A stretch of 64,000 nucleotides of DNA from Flectonema sp. DT1601. Its lineage: Eukaryota. The translations under genes were made by a program, and so were the position numbers. The stretch's first letter is position 1; each line of letters begins with the position of its first letter. This document shows, one piece after another, positions 26,601 through 36,625 of the stretch. The notes under the pieces were generated by a model. That model worked only from the letters and a program-made list of their open reading frames with translations. It did not search any database and had not been told where the DNA came from. The stretch covers positions 682,001 to 746,000 of the forward strand of contig OZ025786.1 in NCBI GenBank assembly GCA_964019425.1, written 5' to 3'.

Positions 26601-29600
26601 AGAAACACTCAAAGTCTCTGTGATTGTACTACTTACCGTCTCTGAGAAGCTGTCAGTTAATGAAATACTTGCAGTGAATGAGAATGAGAAAGATTCTGAT
26701 TGAGAGAAACTACTACTGAGACTACTACTAAAAGTTTCAGATACCGAAACTGTTTCAGATAACGACACTGTTGATGACATTGTTAGCGAATCAGAACTTG
26801 TTTCAGTTGCCGTTGGCAACGACATCGAAACTGTGAGAGAACTAGAAAACGTCAGCGAGTAGCTTTGACTTCCTGTTGGCAACGACAACGACAATGTTTC
26901 AGTCAGCGATTCTGTAAACGTGCCCGTCGGTGAAAAAGTTGGCAACGAAACGCTTTCTGTTATTGACAAAGTTCGAGTCCCGGAGTACGTTTTTGAATGC
27001 GAAAATGTTTCTGACAAGCTGTCTGTCAAACTTTTACTCAGAGACCGAGTCCTAGTACTCGAATATGAATCACTCAGAGAGTAGGTTGCTGAACCAGTTA
27101 TACTGAAAGTCCTTGACAGAGTCTCACTGTCACTAACTGAATACGAGTCACTTCGACTTTCGGAATCTGTTTTTGACAGACTAAAAGTTTCACTCTCACT
27201 CTCACTTAAAGATGGTGTTGTAGATTTAGTTCGTGAACTTGACCATGATAAAGAAGCAGTCACTGAGGAAAAAGTTCCAGAGTAACTTAGTGAAGGCGTC
27301 TGACTATACGATTGTGATATCGTTTTAGAGGTCGTGACTGACCTAGTTTTTGTTTTTGACAACGACTCTGATAAACTAAATGTCGAAAGAGAAATTGACA
27401 AAGTCTTTGAAGGACTGAAAGTAAAAGAATCTGTCACAGAAGTACCCGTATCAGAATATGATAAAGAACCGCTATTTGATATTGAGTCACTCCAAGAAAG
27501 TGAGTTAGAAAAACTTTCTGAAATTGAAGTCGTTAAATCACTCTCACTTTCTGAAAAACTACCAGACAGAGACTTACTAAATGTTATACTTTTTGTTATT
27601 GAGTCTGACTCAGAGAACGATTCAGATTCTGAATAACTGATGGAGTCACTGAGAGTGTTCCTACTCTTTGATTCTGACATCGATTTCGTCAATGAAAATG
27701 AAAACGTCTCAGAGTTTGAAAATGAAATTGAATCAGTTTCAGACATACTAATTGTTCTACTTTTTGACTTCGATGAAGTTGATGAACCACTATAAGTATC
27801 AGTACCTGTTTCAGTTAGACCAATTGAACCAGTGTCAGAATAGCTCTCTGTTCCTGAGTAAGAGTACGTTAGAGATCTTGTTTTCGAACGTGTCTTACTA
27901 AACGTATCAGTTAAACTAAAAGTATCACTTAGAGAAATACTGTCAGAGAGTGATGGTGTTTCGGAATCCGAAAATGAAAAAGTATCCGACAGCGAGAATG
28001 TCTCTGATGGACTATAGCTTTCAGTATCACTGTAACTGTGAGAAGCTGTAGAAGATTTCGTGAGTGAATTAGTTTTACTCACCGTCAGAGAATTAGAATC
28101 AGACCCCGTCAAAGTCTTCGTCACTGATTTCGTTAATGTAAATGTCGGACTTGTAAACGTCGCAGAAACCGATTCTGATAACGATTGACTCAACGACTCC
28201 GTCGCCAATCTCGTCGCAGAATCACTCTCTGAATAACTCTCTGTTCTAGTTACAGTACTACGTGTTAATGAAAATGATAAAGAACGAGAATAACTGACAG
28301 AACGTGTTTTTGTAGCAGTCGTCGACACTGAGTAACTCACTGATAATGACCTCGTCTTTGATAGTGTTTTAGAATATGAGTTAGTCAGAGAATGTGATTC
28401 TGAAATAGAATCACTGAATGATAACGATAAAGATTCAGATAGTGAAAGTGAAACACTCGCAGTTGGTAATAAAGTTAATGAAATAGTTTTTGTGAACGAG
28501 TCTGAGTATGATTCGCTAACAGATTTTGATTTTGTTTTTGAAATAGTTTTTGACACAGAAAAACTATCAGAAAGTGAATCTGAAATAGACAGCGATCCCG
28601 TCAACGATGTCAACGAGGGCGTCAAACTGCTCGTAAGTGTCTCTGAGTAAGTTTGTGACCATGATTCAGAAAGTGTCTGACTCTTACTATCACTAATGGT
28701 GAGTGTTTTCGTCTCTGCAACAGAATTACTAATGCTGTCGGTCGCTATCGGAGTAAAAGTCAACGTCTTGGTCGATATCGATGCTGAGAACGAATTACTA
28801 TAACTTTCAGACCCTGATAAACTCTTTGTCACAGATAGTATCTTAGTAAGCGACCCGGTTTCTGTGTCAGAAACAGTCAACGACGTCTCACTAGGAGTTA
28901 ATGAAAAGGTGTCAGTAAGTGAATACGAATCAGTAATTGATATACTATCACTTAGAGTCTTCGAAAAGGTTTCACTAACAGAGAATGATTCTGTTATTGA
29001 TGGCGTCTCTTTACTGTATGACATTGATTCAGAAAAAGATTTCGAAAGAGTATCCGACTCACTCTCAGTTAAATCTGAGTCACTCAGTGATGTCGATGGG
29101 GTCATCGAAACAGTTTCTGAATATGTTGCACTTTTACCAGATTTTGTTAAGCTAACAGTATCCGTCAAAGAAATGCTAAACGTCAGACTGTACGTATCAG
29201 ACACTGTCTTTGAAAACGAGTCTGACACAGAAAAACTTTCAGTAATTGAAAACGTTTCACTGAGAGTTTTTGAAAATGTAAGAGAGTCTGAGAACGACAA
29301 TGAAAGACTAAATGTATCCGTCAAAGACTTTGTGAATGTTAACGACACAGAAAACGTATCCGTCAGAGAAAATGTATTTTTCGAAAGTGTTTTACTAAAA
29401 GTGTCAGATCCCGAATACGAATCTGTCAAACTAAAAGTTTCCGACAGAGAAAACGTATCCGAGCCTGTATCAGAAAACGTCAAACTCAAACTTAAAGTGC
29501 TTGTTAAAGTTTTACTAAAAGTATTAGATATTGAAATTGTACCACTTCTACTAAAAGTATTACTCAACGTTTTAGAATCGGTATCAGTCAGTGAATAGCT

Positions 29601-31583
29601 ATCAGTAAGACTGAAGGTCTCTGATAACGATTTACTGAACGTATCAGTTAACGAATAACTATCACTTAAACTATGCGACTCTGATAAACTAAGAGACTCT
29701 GTCTCACTCATACTCAACGTCTCTGAAAACGAAGCAGTAGCAGTTGGTAATGATAATGAAACAGATACAGATTCACTTTCAGAATCTGTAAATGTCAAAG
29801 AATGACTAAAAGTCTGAGTTCCAGTAGGCAATGATAAAGAAACAGTTAAAGATAAACTTAATGATTCACTCTTACTAAGAGACTCAGTAAGTGAAAAGGA
29901 ATCTGACAGTGAAAGAGAATGACTCAAACTGTCACTAATAGAATCTGAAAGAGAAAGACTCTCTGTTTCACTATCCGTCAGAGTCATTGAGTGGGAAGCC
30001 GTGGCTGTAGGCAATGATAAACTTACAGTAATACTATCCGAAAGACTTTCACTCCAAGATGCAGACGCAGTCGGTAACGAGAGACTAACAGTCAATGAAA
30101 AACTGTGTGACTCAGAAAACGATTCCGTTGCAGTTGGCAATGACAACGAAAACGTGTCTGTAAAAGACAAACTATGACTAAAACTACTCGTTCCTGTTGG
30201 AAGAGATAAAGACACAGTAATTGATAAACTCTCACTGAAACTATCACTTATACTTTGAGACCAAGTGGAAGTCGCTGTTGGTAACGACAAACTAACAGTA
30301 AGAGATTCACTACCAGACAGAGAATCAGATAAACTAAAAGAATGAGAAGCAGTATCTGTTGGAAGAGAAAGACTAACCGTAATACTATCACTCTCACTTA
30401 TTGAATCTGATAGTGAATGACTCCACGTCTGACTAGCAGTTGGAAGTGATAACGAAACAGTCAAGGATTCAGAAAACGACTCACTCAAAGAATGAGTATC
30501 AGTCATAGTCATTGTATCTGTTGGAAGTGATAAGCTGACTGTTATCGATGACGAATCAGAATAAGAATCACTTTCCGATTCTGAAGCACTCAGAGAAAGA
30601 CTGCCACTAAAAGTCGTACTCTCAGATAATGAAAGACTGTTCGTTAACGATTCCGAAAGACTTTCTGAAAAAGTCCTACTCGACGTTGGCAGCGACAAAC
30701 TAATAGTTTCAGAATCACTCTCTGATAAACTAATGCTCTCACTGTTTGACGCAGTTGCAGTGTCAGTCGGCAAAGATAAACTCATCGTTAATGACAGTGT
30801 GTCACTATCACTTTCTGAAACACTCTCTGAATATGTTTGAGTGGCAGTCGGCAAGGAAAAACTTATCGTTAATGACAGTGTGTCACTATCACTTTCTGAA
30901 ACACTCTCCGAATCTGTTTGAGTAGCAGTCGGTAAGGATAAGCTCATCGTATCTGACAGAGTGTCACTAACACTTTCTGAACTACTTTCTGAATCTGTTT
31001 GAGTAGCAGTCGGTAAGGATATCGATATCGTTTCACTAAGACTCTCACTAACACTTTCTGAACTACTTTCTGAATCTGTTTGGGTAGCAGTCGGTAAGGA
31101 TATCGATATCGTTTCACTAAGACTCTCACTAAGACTTTCTGAACTACTTTCTGAATCTGTTTGAGTAGCAGTCGGTAAGGATATCGATATCGTTTCACTA
31201 AGACTCTCACTAACACTTTCTGAACTACTTTCTGAATCTGTTTGGGTAGCAGTCGGTAAGGATATCGATATCGTTTCACTAAGACTCTCACTAAGACTTT
31301 CTGAACTACTTTCTGAATCTGTTTGAGTAGCAGTCGGTAAGGATATCGACATCGTTTCACTAAGACTCTCACTAAGACTTTCTGAACTACTTTCTGAATC
31401 TGTTTGAGTAGCAGTCGGTAAGGATATCGACATCGTTTCACTAAGACTCTCACTAAGACTTTCACTCTCACTGTCACTCTCTGAAAACGTCGGAGTTACC
31501 GCATTCACATTCTGAGGTACAAGTATGAACAATAATGTTAAAATAACTATCCTCACTAATCCTCCTGGTGATTCAATAGACAT
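23622..31583 (-). CDS. Giant (~2650 aa) secreted Ser/Thr-rich repeat protein with C-terminal beta-sandwich-like and Cys-rich domains
   Basis: Signal peptide (MSIESPGGLVRIVILTLLFILVPQNVNA), then ~2350 aa of alternating S/T-x with a recurrent SLSLPT motif, then a globular Cys-rich tail. ATG at 31583 preferred over the upstream TTG. Confidence 0.9.
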   Translation of the reverse strand: MSIESPGGLVRIVILTLLFILVPQNVNAVTPTFSESDSESESLSESLSETMSISLPTATQTDSESSSESLSESLSETMSISLPTATQTDSESSSESLSESLSETISISLPTATQTDSESSSESVSESLSETISISLPTATQTDSESSSESLSESLSETISISLPTATQTDSESSSESVSESLSETISISLPTATQTDSESSSESVSDTLSDTMSLSLPTATQTDSESVSESDSDTLSLTISFSLPTATQTYSESVSESDSDTLSLTMSLSLPTDTATASNSESISLSESDSETISLSLPTSSRTFSESLSESLTNSLSLSESTTFSGSLSLSASESESDSYSDSSSITVSLSLPTDTMTMTDTHSLSESFSESLTVSLSLPTASQTWSHSLSDSISESDSITVSLSLPTDTASHSFSLSDSLSGSESLTVSLSLPTATSTWSQSISDSFSESLSITVSLSLPTGTSSFSHSLSFTDTFSLSLPTATESFSESHSFSLTVSLSLPTASASWSESLSDSITVSLSLPTATASHSMTLTDSETESLSLSDSISDSLSHSLSLSDSFSLTESLSKSESLSLSLTVSLSLPTGTQTFSHSLTFTDSESESVSVSLSLPTATASFSETLSMSETESLSLSESHSLSDSYSLTDTFSKSLSETFSLTDSYSLTDTDSKTLSNTFSRSGTISISNTFSKTLTSTLSLSLTFSDTGSDTFSLSETFSLTDSYSGSDTFSKTLSKNTFSLTDTFSVSLTFTKSLTDTFSLSLSFSDSLTFSKTLSETFSITESFSVSDSFSKTVSDTYSLTFSISLTDTVSLTKSGKSATYSETVSMTPSTSLSDSDLTESESDTLSKSFSESMSYSKETPSITESFSVSETFSKTLSDSISITDSYSLTDTFSLTPSETSLTVSDTETGSLTKILSVTKSLSGSESYSNSFSASISTKTLTFTPIATDSISNSVAETKTLTISDSKSQTLSESWSQTYSETLTSSLTPSLTSLTGSLSISDSLSDSFSVSKTISKTKSKSVSESYSDSFTKTISLTLLPTASVSLSLSESLSLSFSDSISESHSLTNSYSKTLSKTRSLSVSYSVSTTATKTRSVSYSRSLSFSLTRSTVTRTESYSESDSATRLATESLSQSLSESVSATFTSPTFTLTKSVTKTLTGSDSNSLTVSKTNSLTKSSTASHSYSDTESYSPSETFSLSDTFSFSDSETPSLSDSISLSDTFSLTDTFSKTRSKTRSLTYSYSGTESYSDTGSIGLTETGTDTYSGSSTSSKSKSRTISMSETDSISFSNSETFSFSLTKSMSESKSRNTLSDSISYSESESFSESDSITKSITFSKSLSGSFSESESDLTTSISESFSNSLSWSDSISNSGSLSYSDTGTSVTDSFTFSPSKTLSISLSTFSLSESLSKTKTRSVTTSKTISQSYSQTPSLSYSGTFSSVTASLSWSSSRTKSTTPSLSESESETFSLSKTDSESRSDSYSVSDSETLSRTFSITGSATYSLSDSYSSTRTRSLSKSLTDSLSETFSHSKTYSGTRTLSITESVSLPTFSPTGTFTESLTETLSLSLPTGSQSYSLTFSSSLTVSMSLPTATETSSDSLTMSSTVSLSETVSVSETFSSSLSSSFSQSESFSFSFTASISLTDSFSETVSSTITETLSVSLTESKSISDSISISETVSLSLSDSVSESGSLTTSETLTDSLTTSLSISESISLSETISLSSSASVSLSDSPTITFTLSLLATDSPTFSESLSLSDSLSLSYSTSLSLPSASATFSQTYSLTTSLSLPTETASFTKSYSGTDSYSISVSFSLPTFSQTLWTLSKSISESKTLTFSDSLTVTFSIPTASESFTSLTASNSKSLTEGTRSESSSATYSTFTLSLSFPTATMTFTDSLSISETLTVSLSSSLTLSESVSFTLTLSKSLTNTISESISETLSISVTITETPSGSLTISDTLSETISKTLSESVSVSETISFTQSVTGSLTHSSSGTESATLSDSLSLTDSLSLSSSLSNTDSVSVSLSLPTATATFTHTLTLSETITISVSDSLTDSLTKTISLTKTISLSESISHSMTKTISVTTSISISLSETLSLSESYSLTVSLSLPTATKTFTYSLSSSQSLSESYSSSSSVSQSLTDSLTVSLSLPTQSATDTETLSLSLPTRTESFSKTFSFSETHTYTITDSLSLPTATATWSLSLPTATRTFTYSLSLPTSSETFSETKSLTVNTGSVTPTFSLSLGTSSFTETLSLGTDTASSTISISVPTDSSSLSSTKTDTLSGTSVTESITTSISLPTISGSLVASTVSKSISLSIPTLTSSLSLSYSSISTSMSKTLTNSYSLSNSISFSDSFTQSVCELQQSSDIPSEVLYDALNPQTVFQDLFDWRAIGWSGHSFALIDGNPALEFQNAEMKEIVPGKFLRFRVRKTELSGEVRIVLHFDPTFNITSNSSVGSNLTIEGTTVWRVSCFEQIGSVSSQISILPNVWYNFDISFGNQTTPLVWINNQPISLCSECLLQSQGLSGIQLLTSSSAAYFDSLTVCKDVRCSQLSHSQCRFNGFCKGFICPSDSYLSPETYTCINTPLYMEGGVSGYDFCQLGAYGDSCMERIVCSDVVRTLKYDIKCDSVDTETCTACVGGGTDRECIFRRQFWDL
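30740..31465 (-). repeat. 81-bp (27-aa) tandem repeat: six near-identical copies plus ~three diverged
   Basis: Unit ESLSESLSETISISLPTATQTDSESSS; DNA period 81 (e.g. atcgatatc at 31021 and 31102). Confidence 0.95.
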
Positions 31584-31674
31584 TTCTGAAGTAGACCTGT
31601 GAATGGATGAATGTGAAAACAACCTACTAATCAAAGCACAAACATCTATAAGAAATCTAAAGATACAATATCAG

Positions 31675-32610
31675 TTACCCCTCACTCAAAGAAGCAAGTG
31701 ATTTATGACGTTTGTAATCACCAGAAACAATATTAAATAATTTCGAAAATTTCGACATAATCATAACAGGAATCATTCCAAACAACAACGACACAATTCC
31801 ATAATAAGAAAATCCAGGACGATGAGCTGAAACAAGAGCTGCAGCAATATCTGAACAGCTCGGTGCTATTAGTGATAGCATTCTATAAAGATTAAGCGAC
31901 ACACGAAGATCGTAAGGATGAATTGATTTTATCAAAGAAACAGTAACACCCTCTTGAAATAGTTCTCCGCTAACAGACTGAACAAAAGCTTCAACTGAAG
32001 AAGAAGCCGCATGCATGAATGAACCACACGGATATGCAATTGTAAAAGGAGAATATAATATAACTCTACCAGTCTTCTTATTTAGTATCCATTCTTTTGA
32101 GAATGACGCGATCAACTCCATTGGAAATGATACGAATTTAGAATAAGACGTTACAATATTTGATGGTAGTCTTGATACCAATCCACTTATTGGATAGCAC
32201 TCACATAATACGACTACTCTGATGTCAACTTTACCAGATGGTAACACTACACAATATCGAGTAATTGCTTCTCTTATTCGTACAATAGAATACTCGGAGG
32301 TGATGTCAACAGGGATAGCCTTTACTGTAGCCGTTGGATGTTTTAATCTAATCTCTGCTGCGGTTGTTACTAATACGTCGCTGTTAGAGTCAACCAAGAA
32401 TAGGTTCATTCCCTTTTCAGCTAATTCTAAACCCACAGCTCTTCCAACTCCATCCATAGCTCCAATAACAAGCGCGTATCTGTTGTTATATTCAGAAAAC
32501 TTTCTCACATCACTCTCTTTCCACATGACATCATTCAGTACTCTAAACGCAAAACTAACTAGAGATACGAACAACAACCCTAATATTAATATTATCCAAT
32601 AACTCCACAT
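31675..32610 (-). CDS. Membrane-anchored short-chain dehydrogenase/reductase (17beta-HSD12/3-ketoacyl-CoA reductase-like), degenerate active site
   Basis: N-terminal TM; YALVIGAMDGVGRAVGLELAEKGMNLFLV Rossmann start; the YxxxK position reads MHAASS. Confidence 0.8.
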   Translation of the reverse strand: MWSYWIILILGLLFVSLVSFAFRVLNDVMWKESDVRKFSEYNNRYALVIGAMDGVGRAVGLELAEKGMNLFLVDSNSDVLVTTAAEIRLKHPTATVKAIPVDITSEYSIVRIREAITRYCVVLPSGKVDIRVVVLCECYPISGLVSRLPSNIVTSYSKFVSFPMELIASFSKEWILNKKTGRVILYSPFTIAYPCGSFMHAASSSVEAFVQSVSGELFQEGVTVSLIKSIHPYDLRVSLNLYRMLSLIAPSCSDIAAALVSAHRPGFSYYGIVSLLFGMIPVMIMSKFSKLFNIVSGDYKRHKSLASLSEG

Positions 32611-32939
32611 TTATGTTACTAGGACGGAGATAGAGAGAGAGAGAGTGATAAAAACATCGTAAAAAGAATTACACAATTTATTTAAACTTTTTAAAATAGA
32701 ACTTAAGAATAAGGCACTCAAAAAAAAAAAGGGTGCGGGTAACTGACAAACTTAAACTAAATAACTAAGCCAACAAGCAAAATAAAACAAAGGCAAAACA
32801 ACAGACCACGACTTTTCGATTCGTCCCTACTATTCCACAATAAGTTATAGCAGTGTAACTATGAAAAAAAAAAACAGGAAATTTAAAAAAAAAAAAAAAA
32901 AAAAAAACGAAGCATGAAGCATGAATAATAGGGGACTGG

Positions 32940-33911
32940 TTATGTTGAAGTGCTTGAACGCTTTTCCAGATATACTTTTCGAACGAGTTCTAATTTAGCA
33001 GAGAGTTCGTTAGCAAGATGAAGAAGTTCATTAGCAGGCATAACTATCTTAATATGATCATCTGAAGGTACCAGTAGAGGCATCAAAGCAGGAGATGAAC
33101 GAGGAGGTTCCTTCGGAACAGTTGACTGAATATCAGAAACGAAATCTGTGTTTCCAAGACATGCGAAGCGCTCTTCTCGAGAATCTTGCGCCAGTTGGAG
33201 TTCTACTCGAGTGAGAGCTTGGAGTTTTGATATTTCATTAGCAGATCTTTGTCTTTCGAGTTCCCGTATTCGATCACGTTCCTGGTCGTCTTTCGCTCTG
33301 AGGTCGCGTTCTTCTCTTTTCCGCTCACGTTCAGCAGTGCGAGCAGCGCGTTCTTTTTCTCGTCGAAGACGTTGCGTTTCAATATCTTTGAAGAGCTCAT
33401 CACGAAGTGTACGATCCTCAGCAGCTCTCTCAGTACGTTTTGATAATTCACTTAAGAGGGCAGCCTTACTAGTTGTATAAGAACTAAATATACCTGTAGC
33501 TGTTGGTACTGATCCCAGTGAAGGAAGAGTATACTTTCTCTGTTTACGAGAACGCTCTGCGTCACGTCGAATCATGGCTTCGATATCTGCTCTCTCTGCT
33601 TGTGTCATTGTATAACCTGATACATTCTCTCCTGTTTTCTTTGCCTGTTGACGAGCCTGGTTTATTTTTTCTTTTGAATCTTCCTTACATTGTTGAATTG
33701 CAATCTTCGCCTCTCTGAAATCGTATTTCTGCCTCGCATCTGAATCAGATAAGATAGCGTACGCTGCGGCTAACTTTTTGAAATCCGCCTCCCCTCCAGG
33801 ATTCCTATCTGGGTGTTTCTCTTTAGCTGCAGTCCTGTAGGCCTTCTTGACGTCTGACAATGAAGCATGTCGTGTGACTCCTAATACTGAGTAGTGGTCT
33901 TGTTGGTGCAT
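32940..33911 (-). CDS. DnaJ-domain protein with long charged coiled coil
   Basis: DHYSVLGV...KKAYR...HPDRNP...FKKLAAAYAILSD...YD; R/E-rich helix downstream. Confidence 0.92.
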   Translation of the reverse strand: MHQQDHYSVLGVTRHASLSDVKKAYRTAAKEKHPDRNPGGEADFKKLAAAYAILSDSDARQKYDFREAKIAIQQCKEDSKEKINQARQQAKKTGENVSGYTMTQAERADIEAMIRRDAERSRKQRKYTLPSLGSVPTATGIFSSYTTSKAALLSELSKRTERAAEDRTLRDELFKDIETQRLRREKERAARTAERERKREERDLRAKDDQERDRIRELERQRSANEISKLQALTRVELQLAQDSREERFACLGNTDFVSDIQSTVPKEPPRSSPALMPLLVPSDDHIKIVMPANELLHLANELSAKLELVRKVYLEKRSSTST

Positions 33912-34548
33912 TCTGTTGATTCATTTCTGAGGTAAGAGAGGAGGTAAGATAGTATCCAACAATGAGGTGTTCGTAAGAAATTATTAACGCATTCTACTAG
34001 TGTCGGGTGAACCTGTTAAGTATAATTGAAAACATTATTCATATTCAAATCAAAAACAAAAATAACACTTTAAGAGGTTTGCAAAGGAGTCTGGTGGGAC
34101 GCTTTTACTTACTTCACGTAGGCCGATAAAAGGCTTTTTCATTCAATTCTTTACGGAAAAAATACGTCAGAACTTTCGAGCATTTGACGTAGCACTTATG
34201 AAACACAAATATAAAGTATTGTATCACTATTTAGTTTTTCAAGTTAAAGGACAAGAAGAGTTGTGGGTTATTCAACTTTCAAGTAGTCCATCTACCATAA
34301 CAAATTAATCTTCTTCATTGCAGTAAGAGACTTACCAATGGGATCGGTTGTGATTGACTTGCGACATTCAAATAGTCTTTTCATTGTGTATTATTATTTT
34401 TATTAATTCATTCTTTTGGAACTGTTGGTGGTACAACTGGGCGAATGGTAACGTCGAAGGGATGACAAACATCATATCGCAATGCTGCCCCAGGGAGTTT
34501 TCCAGTTACTGGGATTTGAGGTTATTAGTAGGGCGGGAAATGGTTATT

Positions 34549-36162
34549 CTACATTCTTGAAACACCTGAGATACCTCCGGAGCGGATTTCGTTGTTGTAG
34601 ATAACCGACAGACAGAATCCTAGAACTTCTCTGGTGTCTCTTGGGTCAATAATTCCATCATCGAGACACTTTGAAGTAGTGTAGTAAACATCAATTGTCT
34701 TCTCAACATCCTTCGCGAACTTCTGCTTCTGCATGTCGAGCATCTTTTCAGCCTTAGCAAGTTGAGCAGGAGGAAGTCCCTTCAATCCTTTTCTTGCTAC
34801 TTCATCAAGGACTCCAGACAGTTGTTCTGGTCCCATGACACCACACTTACTACAAGGCCATGAGAATAAGAATCTTGGACTATAAGATCTACCACACATT
34901 GCATAGTTTCCTGCTCCGTAACTCGCTCCAACAAGAATAGAAATCAAAGGAACAACACTGTTAGAGACGGCGTTGATTAAGAGTGAACCGTGCTTAATAA
35001 TCCCTTCCTGTTCACTCTCAGTACCAACCATGAAACCAGTGATATTATGCAAAAAGATGATTGGAGTCCCTTCACGGTTACAGCGATGAATGAACTGAGT
35101 TGCTTTCTGTGTTGAGTCAGGCATGAGGACACCATTGTTGGCAAGGAATCCAACAGGGAATCCGTGGATTTTAGAAAATGCGCAGATTGTTGTCTTTCCG
35201 TACTCCGCTTTGAAGAATGTGATACGAGAACCGTCGACGATACGGGCGATGACCTCACTAATGTCGAAAGGCTTTTTGATATCACCCGAAAAGATACCTA
35301 ACAGTTCCTCAGAGTCATATGCAGGAGGTTCTACTTCTCCTAAGTGAGCAACTGGGTAAGGATGTCCCTTTGATCTGTGTTGCGACACAACCAGTTCTCT
35401 TGCGATACGAATAGCTTGTCTTTCATCTTCAGCAATGAAATCAGAAACTCCCGACTTCACTGAGTGCATTAGAGCTCCTCCAAGTTGCTCTGATGTAGCG
35501 ATCTCACCAGTTGCCATTTTAACTAATGGAGGTCCTCCTAAGAAGACTTGAGCTTTGTCTTTTACTAAAATAGAGTAGTCAGACATACCAGGTTGGTATG
35601 CTCCACCAGCAGTTGAAGAACCGAAAACGACAGTAATTGTGGTGCAACCACTTTCTGACATTTTCGCCAAATTGTAAAAATTCTTTCCACCATTGTGAAA
35701 GACTCTTTCTTGTTGTGTCAAGTCAGCACCTCCTGACTGAGTCAGGGAGATGAGTGGAAGTCTGTTTTGAAGAATGATTTCAGCATTTCTGATGTTTTTA
35801 ATTACAGCCATTTCATTACTAGTACCTCCCTTGACTGTCGGAACGCTTCCCCCGACCATTACTTCAACACCGTTAACGAGACCAATACCACAGCAACCAG
35901 TGTATGGGCAATCTGACATTCCATATCCTGCCAGAGGCATGAGTTCTAAGAAAGGACTGTCTTCATCCAACAACAGGTTCAACCTCTCTCTGAAAGTTAA
36001 TTGACCTCTTGACTTGTGTCTCTTAATAGATTTCTCTTTCCCTTCGCTGCAATGCTTTTTTAATGTCAAACCCAGCTCATCAATTAGTTTAAGCATACAA
36101 GCATAGTTAGCCTTGTAGGTATCACTACCAGTGTCTAGATCAGAGCGAAAGACTGAAGCCAT
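34549..36162 (-). CDS. Biotin-dependent acyl-CoA carboxylase, carboxyltransferase (beta) subunit, AtuC/AccD2/MCC-beta type
   Basis: SGGADL, GSSTAGGAYQPGMSD, FLGGPPLVKMATGE, HNITGFMVG, GASYGAGNYAMCGR and DDGIIDPRDTR motifs; ends -SRM. Confidence 0.95.
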   Translation of the reverse strand: MASVFRSDLDTGSDTYKANYACMLKLIDELGLTLKKHCSEGKEKSIKRHKSRGQLTFRERLNLLLDEDSPFLELMPLAGYGMSDCPYTGCCGIGLVNGVEVMVGGSVPTVKGGTSNEMAVIKNIRNAEIILQNRLPLISLTQSGGADLTQQERVFHNGGKNFYNLAKMSESGCTTITVVFGSSTAGGAYQPGMSDYSILVKDKAQVFLGGPPLVKMATGEIATSEQLGGALMHSVKSGVSDFIAEDERQAIRIARELVVSQHRSKGHPYPVAHLGEVEPPAYDSEELLGIFSGDIKKPFDISEVIARIVDGSRITFFKAEYGKTTICAFSKIHGFPVGFLANNGVLMPDSTQKATQFIHRCNREGTPIIFLHNITGFMVGTESEQEGIIKHGSLLINAVSNSVVPLISILVGASYGAGNYAMCGRSYSPRFLFSWPCSKCGVMGPEQLSGVLDEVARKGLKGLPPAQLAKAEKMLDMQKQKFAKDVEKTIDVYYTTSKCLDDGIIDPRDTREVLGFCLSVIYNNEIRSGGISGVSRM

Positions 36163-36625
36163 GTTGTAGTGAATGGCGCTAATGAAAATAATAATTACTG
36201 TACTTTCGCTATACTGTCGTTACTATGACTACACTCATCCAGACTTCGTTTATGTTTTACTGTGAGAAAGACGATTGATAACTAAATAAGATAATTCCAA
36301 CGTATCGCTTTTGTCCTAATCACCAATAGGCAGACGGACCACACTTCCATTTTGCCAAGAAAATGATTTATTCCTGACCGTAGCTAAGGCCACGAGGAGT
36401 GCAAGGATACAAGGAAATAAATCCACACCTTCCGTTTCAATGACGAAGATGACACAGCAAACTCTTCTGAACTGACGGCAGGATGGCAAGAGAACAATGG
36501 AAATCGTCCCACCGACAGTCATACCGCCATAAAGTTACACCTTCTTTGAATAATTAATCGATTGACAGTCTTCTCTTGTAGTGACTCCTTGTACAGTTTA
36601 TTAACCGCAGTTGGGATGGTGTCCT

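Noticed and set aside
24727..31477. Long antisense and alternate-frame ORFs over the Ser/Thr gene (also 50477-51128)
   Set aside because: Shadow ORFs caused by repetitive codon usage.
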